From the NCBI GenBank assembly GCA_964016885.1, contig OZ024742.1, positions 203,670,001 through 203,734,000 on the forward strand: 64,000 bases of DNA, in the 5' to 3' direction. Positions 1-11,476 of the stretch are shown in pieces. The stretch's first letter is position 1; each line of letters starts with the position of its first letter. Source of the DNA: Eledone cirrhosa. Taxonomy: Eukaryota. The notes under the pieces were generated by a model. It worked only from the letters and a program-made list of their open reading frames with translations. It was not told where the DNA came from and searched no databases. A program made the position numbers and the translations under genes.

Positions 1-206
1 AATATACGCCATAACATATACAATCAAATATACGTACGAGAAAGTATACGTACCTTCACAAAACATACAGCTAATATATACTTACCTATACAAATAAGTA
101 ATGGTATAAACATAACATATACTTAGCTACAACATCAAGACGTAAAATATCCGCGTATAGATCGTACTATCCGTTAGGGTATAATGTGGGGCTGTAATAC
201 ACGAAA

Positions 207-1444
207 GTGAGTATGGGCGCCAGCGATTCTGCGGAGGTTACTGATCTTATCGGCCTTTTCCTTCTTTTCTCTATCAAGGACGAATTCCCCAACGTGGGCG
301 GTGGTTTGTACCGTGATGATGGTCTTTTGACCATGACTAAGTGCGGCCCACGTGCTTGCGACAGGTTCAGAAAAGAATTCACAGCCTTCTTTAAAGGCTT
401 CAAACTCTCTATACAGGTTGAGACCAACCTCTCGGTCGTTAATTACCTCGACGTTACCCTCAATTTATCGAATGGCTTGCATTACCCGTATAGAAAGCCG
501 AATGATACGCTTAATTACATAAGTAAGCATTCTAACCATCCTGCCAGCATAACCAAGAACCTGGTAAGAAACGTTTTTTTAGGCTTTCCCGTCTATCTAC
601 TAACGAGCATATTTTCAACGACCATTCCACATATTACAATGAAGCTCTTGCTCGGAGTGGATTTGTCGATAAGGTAGCATATACAGAGTACGAGAATAGA
701 CCTAGAAGAAATAGATCCCGACGCATTTGTTGGTATAACCCACCATATAATATGGAGGTGGCCACACCATTAGCTAAGATCTTTCTCTACCTTATTACGA
801 AGCATTTTCCCCCTACACATAAATATAACATTTTTAATAGAAATACTATTAAAATGTCTTACTCTACGACTCCTAACCTTGCACATAACATCACAGCTTC
901 TAATTTAGCTAAACTACCTAGCCGTAAGAACACGTGCAACCCTGTAGTTAGTACTAACTGTAATTGTAGGAATCGGGTTGACTGCCTCCTATCCGGGAAA
1001 TGCCTCTCTAGTAACATTGTCTACAAATCTAGGGTTGAAACACCCACGTCCCGTAGGGCCTACATAGGGTTAACCGCCAATAGATTAAAGCAGCGTCTTT
1101 ACATGCATACCCATTCTTTTCGTTACCCTCTTAAAAGGAATATGACGTCACTTTCAGCTTATATCTGGAGTCTAAAAGACAACCACACCCAATATAAGTT
1201 ACACTGGGAGATCCTAGCTAGGGCTAGATCGTATAACGGAAATAAAAGACCATGTGACCTCTGCGCCGCTGAGGCTCTGGAAATACTCTACGCCACAGAC
1301 CACATCTTAAACAAAAAATCTGAAGCAATTTCGGCTTGTAAACATGAATTGCGCAAAACTTTCCTATACGATCTATATGCGGATATTTTACGTCTTGATG
1401 TGGTAGCTAAGTATGTTTATACCATTACTTATTTGTATAGGTAA
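207..1444 (+). pseudogene. PLE RT C-terminus + GIY-YIG endonuclease (one frameshift)
   Basis: RT motifs SMG..S, GLYRDDGL, VNYLDVTLNL, YRKPN, SNHP. A frameshift in the T run at ~574-580 leads into WYNPPYNMEV, in frame with ORF 752..1444, which has CNC..C, NIVYK, YIGLT, CDLC..E, LNKKSE..S.CKH. Confidence 0.9.
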
Positions 1445-1920
1445 GTATATATTACCTGTATGTTTTGTGAAGGTACGTATACTTTCTCGTACGTATAATT
1501 GATTGTATATGTTATGGCGTATATATTATATATTCTGGTACATATGCTTTTGGTTATGTGTATACCTGAGTTTTGCGTCTGTGTGGGTATGCGGGTTCGT
1601 ACGTATGTAGGGTGTGTGTATATGTGTACTTTGTGTTTTGGTTGACGTTCGTCTCCGAACATATGTGTATTTACATGTAGGTATGTGTGTGCGCTTGTTA
1701 TATACGTATTTATTTATTTATATACGTTTATTTAAGTTTTGTATACACGCACACACACACATATTTATATGTGCGTGTATTTGTATACCTATGTCGAGTG
1801 TTTTCGCGTATGCTTGTGTGTGTACGTATATGGATGCGTGTATTTATTTATTTAATTTCAATTGCCTCTGTATTTTATTTACTTTATTCTTAACTCTGAA
1901 GCAGAGAATCATTCGGTTTC

Positions 1921-2200
1921 CTAGTTAGAATTTTAGTCTACGACTTCTGCTATACCATTTACGTAGTTTTGTCTTTGCGTGCAGTTCTCCACGCTCCACA
2001 TATGACGTATTTTCTTCGTTTTTTCCGTTCATTGCCAGAGAACGTCTCTATGAACCACCTAATAGAATATTAGTCTACGACTTCTTTTATACCATAAACG
2101 TGGTTTTGTTTTTGCGTGTAATTGTTTTTCACCGCTCCAAATAATGACGTATTATATTCGTTTTTTTCCCGTTCTTTGCCAGGGAACGTTTCCACGAACC
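1921..2200 (+). repeat. Imperfect tandem duplication (~135-140 bp x2) in the PLE 3' region
   Basis: ttagtctacgacttct...ataccat...gacgtatt...gaacc occurs at ~1932-2058 and again at ~2070-2200. Confidence 0.7.
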
Positions 2201-2279
2201 AAAGTAACGTCTTCCTGTCTTCCTCCGGCTGCAACGTTTTTTGAAATATTCACTTCTGCGTTCACAGATTGACTTTGTT

Positions 2280-2330
2280 AGTTTCAGAAGATCCCGTTAA
2301 GGGTGAAAGCAGCGATTCTTTGCTTAAACT
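2280..2330 (+). ncRNA. Type I hammerhead-like motif with variant core CAGAAGA
   Basis: agttt-CAGAAGA-tccc gttaa gggt-GAAA-gca..tgc-TT-aaact. Stems I, II and III all pair. A second, 5'-clipped copy lies at ~32443-32490. Confidence 0.6.
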
Positions 2331-2724
2331 TTAATCTGTTATTTTAATAAATATTTGCTCTACGGTACTTATATATTTGATATATATTTATCCTTACCCA
2401 ACCCTCTTTGGATTTTAGTCTTCAAATTTATTATTATTACTATATATATATATAGGCACACGGACACAAACATATACATATTTATGTGAAAAGTCAACAA
2501 TGAGTAATATGAGAGAACTATAGAGTACAATGATGGTATATATTAGTTTAATGCTAGATATCAAAGGAAGGGAGCCGAAACGTTTTGTACGTTAGTCCTT
2601 CGTCAGTAGATAGAATGAAAATTAGAAGAAATAGATAATCGATATTCAAAAAAGAAGATGACAGAAAAAAGTTTTTAAGATTTCACTAGGGGAAAGCATA
2701 TTTATATTTAATCAGCTAGTTTGG

Positions 2725-2759
<35 letters not shown>

Positions 2760-3192
2760 TAATATATATATATATATATACGCATATACATATATACATA
2801 TATTTATACACGTACATATATATATTTATATGTACGTAACATGTATCTGGGTGTATAAATGTGTGTGTGCATACAAATGTATATACTTTTATGCATTTTC
2901 TTAAATATTATTTTATGCTTTATCTATTTAAGTGTTTTTACTTCCATATGACATGCTGGCTCATTTATTTAATTTTTTGAAAAAATGATTCGTTTGATCT
3001 GCGGAGAAACAACTGATCAGATGTGTTTTGTGGAGGCTGATGGTATAGTGTTGCATAACAGACATTCCCTAGTTTAGATGTGGATAATGGTGTCCCCTGA
3101 ATCGATCGTAGATGAATGGATTAACTAAATTACCACGTCTTTTTTGTTCTTCTTTCATTGTATAACATTATATATATATATATATATATATT

Positions 3193-3330
3193 ACAAAAGA
3201 GGTGTGGTAAGGAACCAGATGGCCCATAACGCACCAGAGTACTCAATACTTAGAGTAGTAGAGTGGGTAATAGGAAAATGTTTAACCTCGACGGCAGAGC
3301 TCAAGCCGTTTCGACGGCTATTTCTGGACT
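3193..3330 (-). mobile_element. Short dispersed repeat carrying the 3' half of an HHR, inserted in (TA)n
   Basis: Homologous to 33823-34022 and ~44732-44811. The minus strand reads GAAA-cggc ttgagctct gccg-TC. Confidence 0.7.
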
Positions 3331-3450
3331 ATATATATATATATATATACCCAGGGGGTGTAACTCGGAGTTACTGCAGGTTCACCTGGGAGAGCACTCG
3401 ATGTTTAGGTTCACTTCTGTGATGAGGTGTAGAGCTATACAGAGTGTAAT

Positions 3451-3691
3451 ATATAGAAAGGATAAAAAGGACGATTGATTATTCCTTCATTGCATTTATT
3501 GATAGGTGACGCACGTTTCGCCACTGATCAGCTCAAGGTTCGATCTATATCGATCCTACACGACTCAATAATCCGCAGCTGGACGGACCCGATATAGATC
3601 GAACCTTGAGCTGATCAGTGGCGAAACGCGCGTCACCTATCAATAAATGCAATGAAGGAATAATCAATCGTCCTTTTTATCCTTTCTATAT
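3451..3691. repeat. ~100-bp-arm inverted repeat with HHR 3' half (GAAACGCGCGTC) and AATAAA
   Basis: 3451-3552 is the near-perfect reverse complement of 3590-3691, with a 37-nt spacer. Both outer ends run into TA repeats. Confidence 0.85.
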
Positions 3692-3703
3692 ATATATATA
3701 TAT

Positions 3704-3778
3704 AGGGTGTCCCCCAAAGCTGTATAGACTCTTCAACAGCATTCTAATCGATGTGTGAATATATTTCTTTGGGACACC
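3704..3778. mobile_element. Tiny Tc1/mariner-type MITE (~75 bp)
   Basis: Ends agggtgtccc / gggacacct. A related copy lies at ~44636-44708. Confidence 0.5.
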
Positions 3779-4060
3779 TCTTCTTTTCTCTTTTCTTCTC
3801 TCTTTCCTTTCTTCATTTTTTTTCCTTCTCCCTACTACCTCCGCGTATAAGGAACCACATATGCACGTATATGTGCTCGGGCACGTAGGAATCACATGTC
3901 TGTCACCGTGTATATACCTGTCGGTGACCTATAATGTGAAATATAGGTCAAATGTACCTCCGCATATAACCGATATATGACTATGCATACAACCACATGG
4001 CTACGTCAACGCGAATGCACTATCCTTAGATCTGAATCGCACGTGTGTGTATATCTAAAA

Positions 4061-4340
4061 AGTCTAAAGTCTGTCTTAAGCCAGGAGGTTCATTTGGCCG
4101 GTGCTTATCCTGGTTTCGTGGCGTGAAGCGACTGAGAGTACAAGATACCCCCTGGACAGGACGCCAGTCCATCGCAGGGTTAAACCCCCAACTATTGCTG
4201 GTACTCATTTTTAGCTGAGTATACTGGAGCAACGTGAAAGGAAGTGTTTTGCTCAAGAACACAACACGCAACCCAGGAATTGAACCTACAACATTATGAT
4301 CGTAAGTCCAGCACTCTTACCACTAAGCCACGTGCTTCCG
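4061..4340 (-). mobile_element. tRNA-derived SINE
   Basis: The minus strand has A box TGGCTTAGTGG and B box GGTTCAATTCC, then GTGTTCTTGAGCAAAACACTT and GCGATGGACTGGCGTCCTGTCCAGGGG blocks resembling conserved SINE central domains. Confidence 0.8.
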
Positions 4341-4734
4341 TGTGAGTATATATATATATGTGAGTGTGTGTGTGTATGTGTATGTGTGTGTGTGTGTATA
4401 TGTGTGTGTATATATGTGTATGTATATATGTCTGTGTGTGTATGTGTGTGACACCCTCCAGTTGTGGCTTTTGCTACCAGTGCATCATTGCGTCACGCTG
4501 ATTCAACTTGGGAATCCCGTCTGTGACATACTCAAACACTTGCACGGTATTGGACGTTGACTTGCTCGAACAGCCGAATGCACATCGTCGAATCCGACGG
4601 AAGATCCGTCACCATCCCACACTTGTTATATTAAATGCCAGCTCAGTGTGTTTTATTTTACCGAACACCAGACAGCTGTCTGATGTATTGGTCTTAACAT
4701 TCACTTTCTCTTTTTCCGATTCTCACATAACTTA

Positions 4735-4903
4735 CCATATTTCCCGGCGCCCAAGACGCTTCGTCCTCGAGAACGCACCCTAATTTTGACAACCAAAAAT
4801 TTGAAAAAATAAAAATGAACAACCTTTGGCCTCCAGGACGCATGGTAGATTTTTTAGACTTATTTTAGGAAAAAAGTAGCGTCTTCGACGCCTGGAAATA
4901 CGG
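4735..4903 (-). mobile_element. Tc1/mariner (pogo/Tc2-like) MITE, copy 1
   Basis: ~26-bp TIR ccgtatttcc(c/a)ggcg.cgaagacgct, with TA at the left flank. Same family as 40038-40220 and 62516-62682. Confidence 0.85.
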
Positions 4904-5099
4904 TGTTTTCCATGGTTGATACATTTTTTTTTGGGGGGGGGGGGGGGGGTAGATTTAAACACGCCTAGAGGGAGTTTATATCTACTAATTATAATGATAA
5001 TCTTATTTGATCGAAGTTTTTAAATCAATGGTGCTGGTGTCTACAATGAAAATTAAAGATTGTTTTCAGAACGCTCCTGGCAATTTTCTGGTTAGTGCC

Positions 5100-6020
5100 A
5101 GTGGTCACAACAAGAACGGTGATGGCGGAGTGGAGTGGGGCGATTGAGCGGGGAGTGGTGGAAGGGGGTGGTATTGGAGTGGAGTGGGCTGGTTGAGGGG
5201 CAGTTGTGGTAGGGGTGGTGCTGGTGATGATGTTTTTGTTGTTGTTTGTGGTGGTGGTGGTGGTGGTGGTGGTGTTGGCGGTGGCGGCAGTGGTGGTGGT
5301 GGCGGCGGCGGAGTGGAGTGGGGTGTTTGAGGGGCAGTTGTGGAAGGGATGGTGGTGATGTTGTTCTTGGCGGTGGTGGTGGCGGTGGTGGTTTTGTGTA
5401 GTGGTGGTGGTGGTGGTGATGGTGGTGGTGGTGTGTGGGGTGCTTGAGCGACAGTTGTGGTGGTAGTGATGGTGGTGGTGGTGGTTATGGCGGTGGTGGT
5501 GGTGGCGGCGGCGGTGGTGGTGGTAGTGTTGATGGTGGTAGTAGTAGAAGGTGAAATGGTCAGGGATTTCGTATTTACTTTGGTTCAAATTAGCTGGCAG
5601 GTAACCGTCCTGATTTTTAGACAACCTTCCAAGAAATCATTGGTTTATTTGGAGGTGAGATAGGTGGAATAATGGTGATTGTGTGGTGGTGGTGGTGGTG
5701 ATATTGTGGGGAATAGGGGTGGTGTTGGTGGCATTAGAGTTAGTGTTGGGTGATGGTGATAGTGTGCTGGTGGTATTGAGAATAGGGGTGGTGTTGGTGG
5801 CATTGGAGTTAGTGTTGGGTGATGGTGCTGGTGGGGATTATTAACGGGTGGTCGTGATGCTGGTGGTGGTGATAGCATTGACAGGCGGAGAGGGGTGTTG
5901 GTGGTAATGACAGTGGTATTAATAATCTTGATGGCGGTGTTGGTGGTGGTGGTGTTGCTAGTCATAATAGTAGCAATATCCACAATGGACATAGCAAACA
6001 TTGTGATGGTGGTGGTGTAA
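5100..6020. repeat. (GGT)n-rich low-complexity region
   Basis: Degenerate GGT/GGC/GAT triplet runs with short internal duplications. Confidence 0.85.
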
Positions 6021-6062
6021 GACATTATTATCTAATATGTCCTTTCAGTATTTGCACACACA

Positions 6063-6250
6063 AGGGCGGTAGATTGGCAGCATCGGTAGAGCGCCAGACA
6101 AAATGCTTTGCGGTATATTGTTACGGCCCTTTAAGTTCTGAGTTCAAATCCCGTCGAGTTTAGCTTTGTCTTTCATCCTTACAGCATCAATACAATAAAA
6201 CACTTCTTTTAATATTGCTGGCCTTGTGCCAAGAGTCGAAACAATTATTT
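6063..6250 (+). mobile_element. tRNA-derived SINE (second family), internally deleted
   Basis: ggcggt..TGGCAGCATCGG A-box-like motif, GAGTTCAAATCCC B box, then gctttgtctttcatcctt. Homologous to 54640-54830. Confidence 0.75.
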
Positions 6251-6292
6251 GCAAACACACACGTGCATCAACCATGTATATATGCATGTATA

Positions 6293-6333
<41 letters not shown>

Positions 6334-6449
6334 AGATAAGCAGAACAAGCAAAAATTCAATCAATTTTTCAAAATAAATCAAAATTAATATACAATCAAA
6401 ATTAATCAAAATTAAAAAATATAATATAAATATTTACCTATTCAAATGG

Positions 6450-6527
6450 CCCTAACTGTACAGTTTCACGGTGCAAAACATTAAATATCACCAGGATATT
6501 AATGGAAAAGCAACGATCATCAGAGAA
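6450..6527 (-). ncRNA. Type I hammerhead ribozyme motif (long stem II, palindromic stem III)
   Basis: Minus strand: ttct-CTGATGA-tcgttgc..cattaatatc/gatatttaatg..gcaccgt-GAAA-ctgtacag-TT-aggg. Confidence 0.65.
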
Positions 6528-6666
6528 GCATTTTCCTGTCCTAGGGTTAAAAACCCCAGGAACGACAAAATATATGACCTCACTCCAACTAATACAGGTC
6601 TGAAAGGTCGTGAAAGTGACCCGTAAATACATTGGTGATATATATATATATATGACAGTTTGTCAG

Positions 6667-6732
6667 GTGAACAGTGAGCTGTACTGATGAAGGGTGATAC
6701 CAAGAAACATTAGTGTCTGCAGTTCTGTTCGC
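6667..6732 (+). ncRNA. Type I hammerhead ribozyme motif with long bulged stem I
   Basis: gtgaaca(gt)gagctgta-CTGATGA-agggtgataccaa-GAAA-cattagtg-TC-tgcagttctgttcgc. GUC cleavage triplet; stem II is weak. Confidence 0.7.
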
Positions 6733-6942
6733 ATGCCAACACAAGAGCAAGAATGAAGTGTTCATTCTACTGACATGGCTATAAAATTGAGGCTTGTTTG
6801 CATAATTGCAACCGAATTGAATGTTAATATTAATATTCGAAAAACTCAGATTACATTTATATATATGTATATATATATTGTGTTAAGTATTTCCGTAGAA
6901 AGGTAAAGGAAAGAAGCTTGGTCTATGTATAGTACATAACTA

Positions 6943-7102
6943 TTTAATTACATAATAAACAACACAATATAATTATTCCATTACCAAAGGTTTCCAGAAA
7001 CTAGTCGGTTCTTACAGAAACGTCTCTGTAAGAATTGTCTAGTTTCTTGAAAACTTTGGTAATGGAATAATAACATCGTGTTGTTTATTATGTAATTAAA
7101 TG
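6943..7102. repeat. ~160-bp imperfect palindrome
   Basis: atttaattacataataaacaacac...cttacagaaacgtctctgtaag...gtgttgtttattatgtaattaaat. A related arm lies at ~10515-10575. Confidence 0.8.
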
Positions 7103-7289
7103 TATATATATGTATATATACGAGCAATCTCAAAATTATTTTTGAAAAGCATAAGAAATGCGCAACCGGTAAAGTCTTAAAACTAAAACTGAATACTAAC
7201 CAATACTTATTACTAATTTATACTTATTCTTAATTAAAATATTTTTCACTAGGAAAAATTTGCCAGCATTTTCTTTTCCTTTTTACTAA

Positions 7290-7399
<110 letters not shown>

Positions 7400-7900
7400 A
7401 TATAACATCAAAAGATGGTTAAAAGAGTTCCAAGTTTTTTATTATGCGCATTTCAAAAACAAATATCATCATGGGATGATATCTGCGTTCTCATCAGATA
7501 AAATAGGGATACATGATATGAAGCTTAAAAAACACTTGTGAATAGTGAAGATTTAAATCAACATATGAAAAATAATTTAAGATTGATGTATGAGATTGGG
7601 AAAAAGTGAGGGGGGGGTGGAAAAGGTAAGGAAGAGGAGGAGATGAGAGTAAAGAATGGTGGGGGAGGAGTATATATATAAGGGATAATAAAATATCGTT
7701 ATAGGTAATCCAGTTAGAGGTTGTGAATACTTCTTATAATGGATAGTTTTAACGTACGGCGTTGTTTGACTCAACAAGAGGTTTACGTAGATGACGAGTT
7801 TATGATTTCACTTGTATTCCTACGTAAGTTTATCTTGGAGTAATAAAATTGACAAAGTGGAGAATAACATGGTCAACAGTACAAAAAAGGGGATTTATTT

Positions 7901-8012
7901 ACAGTCTAACAATTGTTTCACTGATAAAGTTGTCTAAAAATAGCTGAACACTAGAAGCAGTGCCACTCAATTTTAAATACGATGTTAGCTCGATCAGATC
8001 TTCCGAAACTGT
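7901..8012 (-). ncRNA. Hammerhead-like motif (core CGGAAGA), inverted copy
   Basis: Stem I acagttt/agactgt, stem II base ctgat/atcag, GAAA-caattg-TT. Confidence 0.5.
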
Positions 8013-8978
8013 TATAAAAAATATATATAACCGGCAACAGTAAAATTGAAAGAACAATTTCTGTCGACATAAATCGGCGACCAAATTTGAGAACTATAGA
8101 CCAGCTTAATTCCATCTTATCTATTCCATAACCCAGATTGTACCACTTAGATCTATTATAATATCACATTATCAGCATCATCATCATTATGATTATTATT
8201 ATAATTATAATTGACATCATCTATCAAAGAACAACATCAAAACCTCTTATATTTACATTCTTATTTTATATATATATATAATATATTATATCTTTCACTC
8301 TCTATCTTTATATTGCTCTCCCTAAATTTATTTCATCTCTGTCATTTTAATTTATCATATAAAATAACTTAAAACTAATTAATTTATTTATTTATTAAAA
8401 TAACCAATACACACATAAATATATTTAATATTATCATATTTTTACCTTCATATCTCTCCATATATTTTAACAATTCTCAAAAACCACTCTCAATAATTTT
8501 AATATGTTTAAATATTCTTCGTACATTTTTGCTTCTTTTACTTATTTATTTTCACTTTTCATTTTTCACATTTTATACTATTTTATATCACGTTAGATGT
8601 AATTTATTTATTTATCTATTTTTATATATTTTTTATATATTTATTTTTATTTATATTTATATTTATTCATGTATTAACGTTTATTCATTTATTGCTGATA
8701 TCATTATTTTTCCCTCTATTTTTCTTTCTATTCTACGTTATTTCTACTTATGCTTGTCTTCCATATATTTTCTTCTCTTTATATTTTTCTCTGTAATAAT
8801 TTCTCCTTTTTCTTCTTTCTCTTTTTCTTTTTCTTTTGTCTTCTTCTTTCTTTTTCCTTTCCTTTCTTTCTTTACTGTATCTATGTCCCTTTCTACCTTC
8901 TTTTCTCTTTATTATTAATATTATTATTGATGATGTAATTTGAATTTGTAAATTTGCCGGTTATATATATTATTTATA

Positions 8979-9090
8979 ACAGGTTCCGAAGATCTGATCG
9001 AGCTAACATCGTATTTAAAATTGAATGGCACTGCTACTAGTGTTCAGCAATTTTTAGACAACTTTATCAGTGAAACAATTGTTATACTGT
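8979..9090 (+). ncRNA. Hammerhead-like motif (core CCGAAGA)
   Basis: Same fold as 7901-8012: CCGAAGA-tctgat...atcagt-GAAA-caattg-TT. Confidence 0.5.
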
Positions 9091-9140
9091 AAATAAATCC
9101 CCTTTGTTGTACTGTTGACCATGTTATTCTCCACTTTTTC

Positions 9141-9223
<83 letters not shown>

Positions 9224-9959
9224 TGTATATACATATATATATATATACATATACATTCCCATTTGCCCTTTAAAGCATAACTTTCTGTATTTACTGTGGT
9301 TATGAGATGCGGTTCTTATTCGGGTACAACTTCTGATTTAGCCTAAGAAAATATCTATATGCGTGTGTAATTTATACAACCATATATTTATATTTTTTTT
9401 ATTTTCAATTGAGTTCTTAACACGTTGGATTGATAATGTTTTCAAAAAAACTAATTAACCCGCGTGTATATTATTTTTTTCCTCACTTCGTGGATCGTAG
9501 TTTGTCTCCCCTTCCCGCTTCGTGTCGCTATGATACTTCCTCAGTCAAAAACTGCTGGAATTTCAAATTTGGCGGTCATTCGAGGCGATAAGGAGCAACT
9601 TAACAGACATGATTTTTGACAGCGGTAAGAAATTCTTTTCTTATATCAAAATTTAACGGGCTTCCACTGATGATTTATAAGCGCCCACCTAAATATATTC
9701 TTACATGAATATATATTAGGCTTCTACATAAACTGGAAATATTCTCCCAACTTGTAGAAAACTTATAATGAAACAATTGTTTGGAAAGAGAGATATACTT
9801 TAACTTTAATTATATCTCATAAAATAATACAACTGGTTTTTCCACATTATACATATTGTTAGCATAAATTAAATTAGGTTTATATTTAAATATAACTTAA
9901 TGTTTGTTGAGTGAGATGGTTACCAGTCAGAGTTTAGCTTTAAACTATCTCTGTTATTG

Positions 9960-10003
<44 letters not shown>

Positions 10004-10373
10004 TTAGCGAGAATCGCATTTCGGCGAGTAGAAATTAGCGAAACGCAACTTCCGATTTGTGTTGGCAAGCGCTCACTAGATACTAAGATACCAGAGCTAT
10101 AAACATAAGTTTAAAAGGCCATGCAAAACTGAGACGGTGGTTAAGAAGCCATTAACCACCTAAGCCAAAAAAGCGATAAGATATGATTGAAATATTTACC
10201 TGGAACTTCGGGAATGATGGTAATATATATATATATAAATATATACATTATTATTATACTCTGACTTAGTACAACATCAATATACCTACAAGAAACTATG
10301 CATCGAGTGCTCACGTTGGTGAGCCTACAGTAACTGGACGTTACCATCCCTAAACTATATATATATGTATATA

Positions 10374-10452
<79 letters not shown>

Positions 10453-11188
10453 TGAAGTGATTCCGTCGGAAAAAGTCCAGGAAAAAAGAGTGCTCTATGT
10501 AGGTTACAGAGCTTATTAATTATGTAATAAACAACAAAAGATAATTATTTCATTTACCAGTGGTTTCTTGAAAGCAACCAAAATTGCTTTCATTCATCAG
10601 AATGAAAAAAACCTGGTCTCTTTAATGACAGTGGACTTGAAAAACAAAAATATAACAGATATATGTGAAGCTACAGGAAAAAAATAGGGGAGGGGGGGGG
10701 AGAATAATAAATAAGAATATATAACAACACACACGTACACACGCACACGCACACACGCACACACACACTCACATATACACATATATACATATATATATAC
10801 ATATATACACGCATATATACACATATATATACACAGAGACACATATACACACATACATATTCATATATATATATATCCATACATAAATACACCAACACAC
10901 ATATATATATATACATATATATATACATGCACACACATACATATATATATATATACATATATATACACATACACATACATACATACACACCCACATACAC
11001 ACATATATACACACATGCATACGTACTCACATATAAAAGGATACATATGCACACACACAAATAAGAATAAATATACCGTCACATACAAATAAGCAAATAA
11101 AAAATAAGGATTAAAATAATAAAAAAATTAAAAATATATTATTAAGTTGACAGCGATACAAGACGGCAAAATTTAAAATAAAGATAAA

Positions 11189-11233
<45 letters not shown>
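11189..11233. repeat. (AAT)15 microsatellite: 3' tail/target of LINE 1
   Basis: Perfect triplet run directly abutting the element end ...AATAAAGAAAAC(ATT)n on the minus strand. Confidence 0.95.
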
Positions 11234-11234
<1 letters not shown>

Positions 11235-11476
11235 TTTTCTTTATTAACCACAAGGGTTCACATACAGTAGACATTAAGAACAGTACAGGACAATACAGGA
11301 CGGTACAAATGGGCATTTCTGCGTGTAAAAAAACAGAGGTTGAAATAAAATAACAAAGAAAAATTCCCCAATAGGGGGGAGACTTCCAAGGGACATTTGT
11401 GGAGAAAGCCCATTAAAAGACCACAGTGGCCCTGACCACCAGGGCAAGTGCCCTCTCCCAGTTTTCCACCTTTAAT

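Larger units (their letters stand above)
1..2441 (+). mobile_element. 5'-truncated Penelope-like retroelement (Naiad-like) with inverted pseudo-LTR at its 5' side
   Basis: 1..165 is the reverse complement of ~1367..1528. It is followed by the RT C-terminus and GIY-YIG coding sequence, then a long 3' non-coding region with an HHR at 2280-2330, ending in (TA)n at ~2441. Confidence 0.88.
7845..9146 (+). mobile_element. PLE 3' end with inverted pseudo-LTR
   Basis: 7845-8038 is the reverse complement of 8954-9146. A C-terminal coding remnant FCRHKSATKFENYRPA* lies at ~8059-8109. The right end runs into (TA)n. Confidence 0.75.

Noticed and set aside
752-1444. Selenocysteine recoding as known for some Naiad PLEs
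   Set aside because: No in-frame TGA at Cys positions in the GIY-YIG frames examined (752-1444, 42536-43048), and no convincing SECIS was seen.
4270-4340. Genuine tRNA genes (also at 6063 and 54830)
   Set aside because: A/B boxes are present but there is no full cloverleaf, and they continue into SINE bodies.
5025-6025. His/Thr/Pro-rich ORFs as host genes
   Set aside because: They are translations of (GGT/ACC)n low-complexity DNA with no domain or exon evidence.
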